The notes beneath the pieces were generated by a model that worked only from the letters and a program-made list of their open reading frames with translations, ran no database searches and was not told the origin of the DNA. The translations under genes were made by a program, and so were the position numbers. DNA of 11,544 nt from a virus (taxonomy: Duplodnaviria > Heunggongvirae > Uroviricota > Caudoviricetes). Numbering within the stretch: position 1 is the stretch's first letter; each line of letters begins with the position of its first letter. Shown in pieces: positions 7,880 through 11,544 of the stretch. The stretch is taken from the IMG/VR virus record IMGVR_UViG_2778261419_000002, one strand, 5' to 3'.

Positions 7880-8929
7880 TTAGGCCAGCACACCAATTGC
7901 CAGCGCGCGATCGATAAATCGAAAAATCAGCTCCAGTTGGGAGCCATACTTCTCTTCAAATGCCACGGTATCCGTATGCAACTCGTCGTGATGCTTTCTG
8001 CACAAAGGCAACACAAAGAGATCATGTGCTTTGGTTCCCATTCCGCCCTGCCCGTGACCAATCAGATGATGCGGATCGTCGGCTGGCATACCGCAGCAAG
8101 CACACGGCTGTGTCTTAACCCAGCGTGTGTATTTCTCCTTAACCCAACGGTGACGTTTAGGCAGCTTCATGAAAGATTCCGGAGACTCTGGATCAACGGT
8201 GATGCTTACCACCGTCTTTTCTTGTGATGGGTTTTGTTGCTGGTGGGCGTGAGGCAACGGTGCAAGATTTTTTGTGCGCTGTTTCAGTATGCTGGTGGCG
8301 GTCTGCTCTCCCGGTACGATGTCGCTTTCACGGTACATTGAGCGGATTTTTTCCGCACGCAACCCCAGCGAACGACGTAATACCGCTTCCGGTAGCGCGT
8401 CCGCCACCTGATTGCGGACCGCCCACCAGGATAATTCAGCCAGAGATAATTCACGCTCCTGCGTACCGCTTATTGCGTGACCGATGACGTCAATCATCCA
8501 TGCTGACAGGTTTTGATGAGCTAGTTGCTCGAGTGATTCGGATGTCTGGTCACGCAGCTGGTTGTCGCAGTGCCAGCACAACACCATTGCGCCGGTACCA
8601 TAACGGTGAATGACGGTTTCGCTGTGATGATAATCGCCGTGTGGCCACTGGCAGGATTTAATATGGCGCAACAGCCAGTCAGACAATGCACCAGCACCAC
8701 CAGCAGCACGAATCACCCGTGCGTTACTGAAAAACGGCAGCAATGTTTTGTCTTCCACCAGCGGCTGGCGAGCGGCAGGAACGACCCCGGACGGCAGATT
8801 ACGCATGCTTTTCGGTTCCGGCTCCACCAGTAACCGGGTATTGTGGAATACCGGCATGGGTTCACGGCCCGGCTTAACGATCACCAGCCCGAGTTCCGGT
8901 ACCAGAACAGGTCGAAGTAATACCCGCAC
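7880..8929 (-). CDS. ydfU: DUF968-family prophage protein with C-terminal Cys/His (HNH-like) motif (YdfU-like)
   Basis: 349-aa ORF; start is GTG at 8929 with a strong SD (TGGAGGTAAC) 5 nt upstream; C-terminus contains CACCG...[10 protein letters not shown]...CRKHHDELH. Confidence 0.75.
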   Translation of the reverse strand: MRVLLRPVLVPELGLVIVKPGREPMPVFHNTRLLVEPEPKSMRNLPSGVVPAARQPLVEDKTLLPFFSNARVIRAAGGAGALSDWLLRHIKSCQWPHGDYHHSETVIHRYGTGAMVLCWHCDNQLRDQTSESLEQLAHQNLSAWMIDVIGHAISGTQERELSLAELSWWAVRNQVADALPEAVLRRSLGLRAEKIRSMYRESDIVPGEQTATSILKQRTKNLAPLPHAHQQQNPSQEKTVVSITVDPESPESFMKLPKRHRWVKEKYTRWVKTQPCACCGMPADDPHHLIGHGQGGMGTKAHDLFVLPLCRKHHDELHTDTVAFEEKYGSQLELIFRFIDRALAIGVLA

Positions 8930-8930
8930 G

Positions 8931-9209
8931 TTACCTCCAGATGCGTTGCTGGAATGTGCGGGACGGACGCGGTGGGCGTTCGGAGTAAGGAAGCCTGACG
9001 GAGATTATCCAGTGACGGTAGTCGAGGCTAAGGGCTTTTTGAACCTCGCATCCGCGCCTGCGGTAACACTGAATGAGCCATTCGGCCTGTTCTTCAGTGC
9101 ATGGGGGATGCTGGTACCAGTCTGACTTAAATGCGTGAGAATACCGCTCGTGCGTGTGGGCAAGAACGGTCGAATTATCATGATTGTAATATTTTGCGTT
9201 GCGTGCCAT
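8931..9209 (-). CDS. Hypothetical 92-aa prophage protein, translationally coupled to the DUF968 gene
   Basis: ORF with ATG at 9209 and SD-like GGAG upstream; stop TAA at 8933..8931 lies 1 nt before the GTG start of the next gene; His/Cys-containing segment HTHERYSH...PPCTEE...QCYRRRGC. No family recognised. Confidence 0.45.
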   Translation of the reverse strand: MARNAKYYNHDNSTVLAHTHERYSHAFKSDWYQHPPCTEEQAEWLIQCYRRRGCEVQKALSLDYRHWIISVRLPYSERPPRPSRTFQQRIWR

Positions 9210-9275
9210 CGGTTTTCTCCGGTGGCACGGTGTTACTCAGCGGGAGTTCAGCCCCGCGCAAGATTGTAGATGAGT

Positions 9276-9527
9276 TTATTCTTCTGAAAAAGCAGAAAAG
9301 CCAGCTTTTATTCCGATCTCTTTCAATGCCTGTAATGAAGTGACAAACTCACCGTCGCGCAAGATAAATCCGTCCGTCACTCGGGCATCCACATAATTAA
9401 TTAACGCAGCCCCATTTTTTTGCAAACACACAATGCGGTAATGACTAGCAATATTTCCATTTTCAACGCACACAGCATAGAGGCCATCTTCACAAAAAAT
9501 TTTACGCAGTTCTTCGATGTTCATCAT
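9276..9527 (-). CDS. rem: Small prophage protein, Rem-like (83 aa)
   Basis: 83-aa ORF starting with tandem ATGATG preceded by GGAAGGA; size and position (between hokD and the DUF968 gene) match K-12 Qin rem as I remember it; sequence identity not verifiable here. Confidence 0.5.
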   Translation of the reverse strand: MMNIEELRKIFCEDGLYAVCVENGNIASHYRIVCLQKNGAALINYVDARVTDGFILRDGEFVTSLQALKEIGIKAGFSAFSEE

Positions 9528-9643
9528 CAGAATCCTTCCGGATAATTAGCTCTCCCCTTTAAGGGACCATCCCTCTTATCCCTGCGCGCTACTTAAGTAT
9601 TTTTGATTCTATTCCGGCACCATCCAGAACTTCAAATGCGTTG

Positions 9644-9675
9644 AAAATAAAAACAAAAACCCGCCGAAGCGGGTT
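9644..9675 (-). terminator. Rho-independent terminator of the relB-relE-hokD operon
   Basis: Minus strand reads AACCCGC-TTCG-GCGGGTT followed by TTTTGTTTTTATTTT. Confidence 0.6.
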
Positions 9676-9743
9676 AAGTGCGGGTGCGTTGAGGATGCCT
9701 GCCACATCAGAGGTGGCGAGGGATTTCTCACTCGCCGAGTCTC

Positions 9744-9899
9744 TTACTCCTCAGGTTCGTAAGCTGTGAAGACAGCGACCTCCGTCTGGCCGGTTCGGAT
9801 TCGTACCTCGCAGAGGTCTTTCCTCGTTACCAGTGCCGTCACTATGACGGTTAAACAGATGACGATCAGGGCGATTAACATCGCCTTTTGCTGCTTCAT
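9744..9899 (-). CDS. hokD: Hok-family type I toxin HokD (RelF), 51 aa (absent from the ORF track)
   Basis: Hand translation of minus strand: MKQQKAMLIALIVICLTVIVTALVTRKDLCEVRIRTGQTEVAVFTAYEPEE, a typical Hok single-TM peptide; SD AGGAG upstream of ATG at 9899. Confidence 0.85.
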   Translation of the reverse strand: MKQQKAMLIALIVICLTVIVTALVTRKDLCEVRIRTGQTEVAVFTAYEPEE

Positions 9900-9970
9900 A
9901 GCCTGCTTCTCCTGTCAACGCAAAGCAGAAGTGTCACCTTCGGTGCGAAACAGAGATGTCATGCTTTGGT

Positions 9971-10258
9971 TCAGAGAATGCGTTTGACCGCCTCGCTATA
10001 TACTTCCGAGCGTTCTCTTTTCCCAACAGAAATCACGAAAACGACAACTTTCTCGTCTATAACCTGGTATACAAGGCGATAGCCTGAAGACCGGAGCTTA
10101 ATCTTGTAACAATCAGGCATACCACGGAGCTTGTTTGCTTCAATCCGGGGTGACTCAAGTACTTCAACCAGCTTCTTTTTCAACTGTTCACGTACCGTCG
10201 AGCCCAGCTTTCGCCATTCCTTTAGTGCCCGCTCGTCAAAATCCAGAAAATACGCCAT
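9971..10258 (-). CDS. relE: Type II toxin RelE (ribosome-dependent mRNA endonuclease)
   Basis: 95-aa ORF MAYFLDFDERALKEWRKLGSTVREQLKKKLVEVLESPRIEANKLRGMPDCYKIKLRSSGYRLVYQVIDEKVVVFVISVGKRERSEVYSEAVKRIL; ATG overlaps the relB stop (ATGA). Confidence 0.9.
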   Translation of the reverse strand: MAYFLDFDERALKEWRKLGSTVREQLKKKLVEVLESPRIEANKLRGMPDCYKIKLRSSGYRLVYQVIDEKVVVFVISVGKRERSEVYSEAVKRIL

Positions 10259-10497
10259 CAGAGTTCATCCAGCGTCACACGTACTGGCTTAGGATTACGA
10301 AGCCGTTCTTTCACTATCTCCACAAGTTCAGCATCTTCATCACTCAGGAGTGTCTGTTTGAACGGCAAGCGTTCATTGTCAGCGATATACTCGAGCATGA
10401 GACGAAGCGCTTCAGAAGGAGTTACACCCATTTTTTCAAGCGCGGCGTAAGAACGCGCTTTAAGTTCATCGTCAATACGCAGGTTAATGCTACCCAT
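10258..10497 (-). CDS. relB: Type II antitoxin RelB (RHH repressor)
   Basis: 79-aa ORF MGSINLRIDDELKARSYAALEKMGVTPSEALRLMLEYIADNERLPFKQTLLSDEDAELVEIVKERLRNPKPVRVTLDEL; SD GAGGTG upstream; immediately 5' of relE. Confidence 0.9.
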   Translation of the reverse strand: MGSINLRIDDELKARSYAALEKMGVTPSEALRLMLEYIADNERLPFKQTLLSDEDAELVEIVKERLRNPKPVRVTLDEL

Positions 10498-10508
10498 GTC
10501 TTACACCT

Positions 10509-10534
10509 CTTGTAATTACAAATGTCATTACAAG
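10509..10534 (-). promoter_or_regulatory. relBE operator (relO) inverted repeats overlapping the operon promoter
   Basis: Perfect palindrome TTGTAATTACAA (10510..10521) followed by a related half-palindrome TGTCATTACAAG, directly upstream of the relB start; consistent with RelB/RelE autoregulation sites. Confidence 0.55.
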
Positions 10535-10827
10535 TATCGCACTACAACATGCTTAGGGCAAGTCACGAAGGAAGTCAGAAAGTAGTCGTAAGAACGGTGA
10601 TCACTGTCCGCTTTCTGCCAGGAGCAGCCATTGCTAAGTCCATCCTGTATTGTGCAGGTCAGCTCGTTTTTAAAGAGTCCGGCCATCATCTTACTGGTAC
10701 AGACACCATATACTTTGTGACGGTCAGGCTACATATGCACAACTCAACTTATTCATCTATTTTTTGCTTTAGCATGTCAGTGTTGCTTTCTCGTCGGCGG
10801 GTGAGCGGTGACCTGACCTGTCGATAA
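10522..10827 (+). CDS. ydfV: Doubtful 101-aa ORF (YdfV-like annotation); coding status uncertain
   Basis: Length and position (between relB and flxA, + strand) match the K-12 ydfV annotation as I recall it, but there is no convincing SD, it overlaps the relB promoter/operator, and the translation has no recognisable features. Confidence 0.25.
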   Translation: MSLQVSHYNMLRASHEGSQKVVVRTVITVRFLPGAAIAKSILYCAGQLVFKESGHHLTGTDTIYFVTVRLHMHNSTYSSIFCFSMSVLLSRRRVSGDLTCR

Positions 10828-10979
10828 AGGAACGTAACACGTTTTATGCAACACCCGCATGCGGCAGAAAATTATTGCCGAACGTTTACCCCTGTCAACA
10901 AGCTTTACTTTCTGAGGCGCGCCAGCCCGCGAGGAAAACAATCTGAACATCAAACAATTAATGACACAAGAAATACGAT

Positions 10980-11006
10980 TAAAGATTTTTTTGTTCATGC
11001 CGATAG
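10980..11006 (+). promoter_or_regulatory. Sigma-28 (FliA) class 3 flagellar promoter of flxA
   Basis: TAAAGATT (10980..10987), 11-nt spacer, GCCGATAG (10999..11006), matching the sigma-28 consensus TAAAGTTT-N11-GCCGATAA; SD AAGGAG follows. Confidence 0.6.
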
Positions 11007-11029
11007 TGCTTTTTTAAAAGGAGAAATCT

Positions 11030-11362
11030 ATGTCTGTCACAATTCAGGGAAATACCTCAACCGTTATTTCAAACAACTCCGCCCCGGAAGGAACATCAGA
11101 AATAGCCAAAATCACAAGACAAATTCAGGTGCTGACTGAAAAGCTTGGGAAAATCTCATCGGAAGAGGGGATGACGACACAGCAGAAAAAAGAAATGGCT
11201 GCATTGGTACAGAAGCAAATTGAAAGCCTCTGGGCTCAACTGGAGCAGTTGTTAAGGCAGCAGGCAGAGAAAAAGAATGAAGACGCGACAGTTCAGCCTG
11301 ATAAAAAAGAAGAGAAAAAAGACGATACAAATACCGCTGGCACCATTGATATTTACGTCTAA
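11030..11362 (+). CDS. flxA: FlxA, FliA-regulated protein (110 aa)
   Basis: ORF MSVTIQGNTSTVISNNSAPEGTSEIAKITRQIQVLTEKLGKISSEEGMTTQQKKEMAALVQKQIESLWAQLEQLLRQQAEKKNEDATVQPDKKEEKKDDTNTAGTIDIYV with SD AGGAG and an upstream sigma-28 promoter. Confidence 0.85.
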   Translation: MSVTIQGNTSTVISNNSAPEGTSEIAKITRQIQVLTEKLGKISSEEGMTTQQKKEMAALVQKQIESLWAQLEQLLRQQAEKKNEDATVQPDKKEEKKDDTNTAGTIDIYV

Positions 11363-11376
11363 GTGACAGCCGTATT

Positions 11377-11400
11377 GTGGCCCTCATCGGGCCACTTTTC
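11377..11400 (+). terminator. Rho-independent terminator of flxA
   Basis: GTGGCCC-TCATC-GGGCCAC followed by TTTTCG, 15 nt after the flxA stop. Confidence 0.55.
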
Positions 11401-11544
11401 GCCATCAGCCTTTTCTTTAAAGACATATTATCTTTGTATCATTTCTGATAGTTAACATTACAAGATATGAATCGCCACGGGTTTAACAGACACCTCAGAG
11501 TCATTTAAGATGGCTTAAAGAGAGGTGCCCATGAGCGGTAAGCG

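Noticed and set aside
7823-9125. Plus-strand ORFs 7823..8227, 8224..8487, 8570..8833, 8748..9125 and minus-strand 8521..8709
   Set aside because: All overlap the DUF968 gene in other frames or antisense in a GC-richer region where long spurious ORFs are expected; no RBS or recognisable motifs.
9766-10515. Plus-strand ORFs 9766..9987, 9888..10082 and 10135..10515
   Set aside because: Antisense to hokD, relE and relB, whose translations are unambiguous.
10777-11139. ORFs 10777..10998 (-) and 10846..11139 (+) around the flxA promoter
   Set aside because: Both overlap the sigma-28 promoter and flxA start, with no SD and low-complexity translations.
11112-11426. Minus-strand 104-aa ORF
   Set aside because: Antisense to flxA, which has a promoter, SD and terminator on the plus strand.
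11531-11544. ATG with upstream AGAGGTG at the extreme right end (MSGK...)
   Set aside because: Only four codons are inside the window; it may be the start of the next gene but cannot be supported from this sequence.

Overview
This window reads as a segment of a Qin-like lambdoid prophage from Escherichia coli or a close relative, with most genes on the minus strand in phage late-gene orientation. From right to left: flxA (+ strand, sigma-28 promoter), the relB-relE-hokD toxin-antitoxin operon, a rem-like gene, a 92-aa ORF coupled to a DUF968 gene (ydfU-like), a Q antiterminator followed by a tR'-type terminator, then a three-gene cargo insertion (Blc-like lipocalin on the + strand, a DUF523/DUF1722 fusion, an AT-rich AraC-family regulator), then the lysis cassette (dual-start pinholin, DUF1327 gene, SAR-type endolysin, Rz with embedded Rz1), cspI, ynfN, gnsB, the plus-strand pair ynfO-ydfO, a lambda-type cos site and the 5' end of the Nu1-like small terminase gene. 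No tRNA, rRNA, CRISPR array or transposase was seen. The most unusual feature is the cargo module between Q and the holin, the position where Stx phages carry stx. All identifications come from reading the translations and motifs by eye and from recalled family knowledge; no database search was run, and gene names follow my recollection of the E. coli K-12 Qin and DLP12 prophages.
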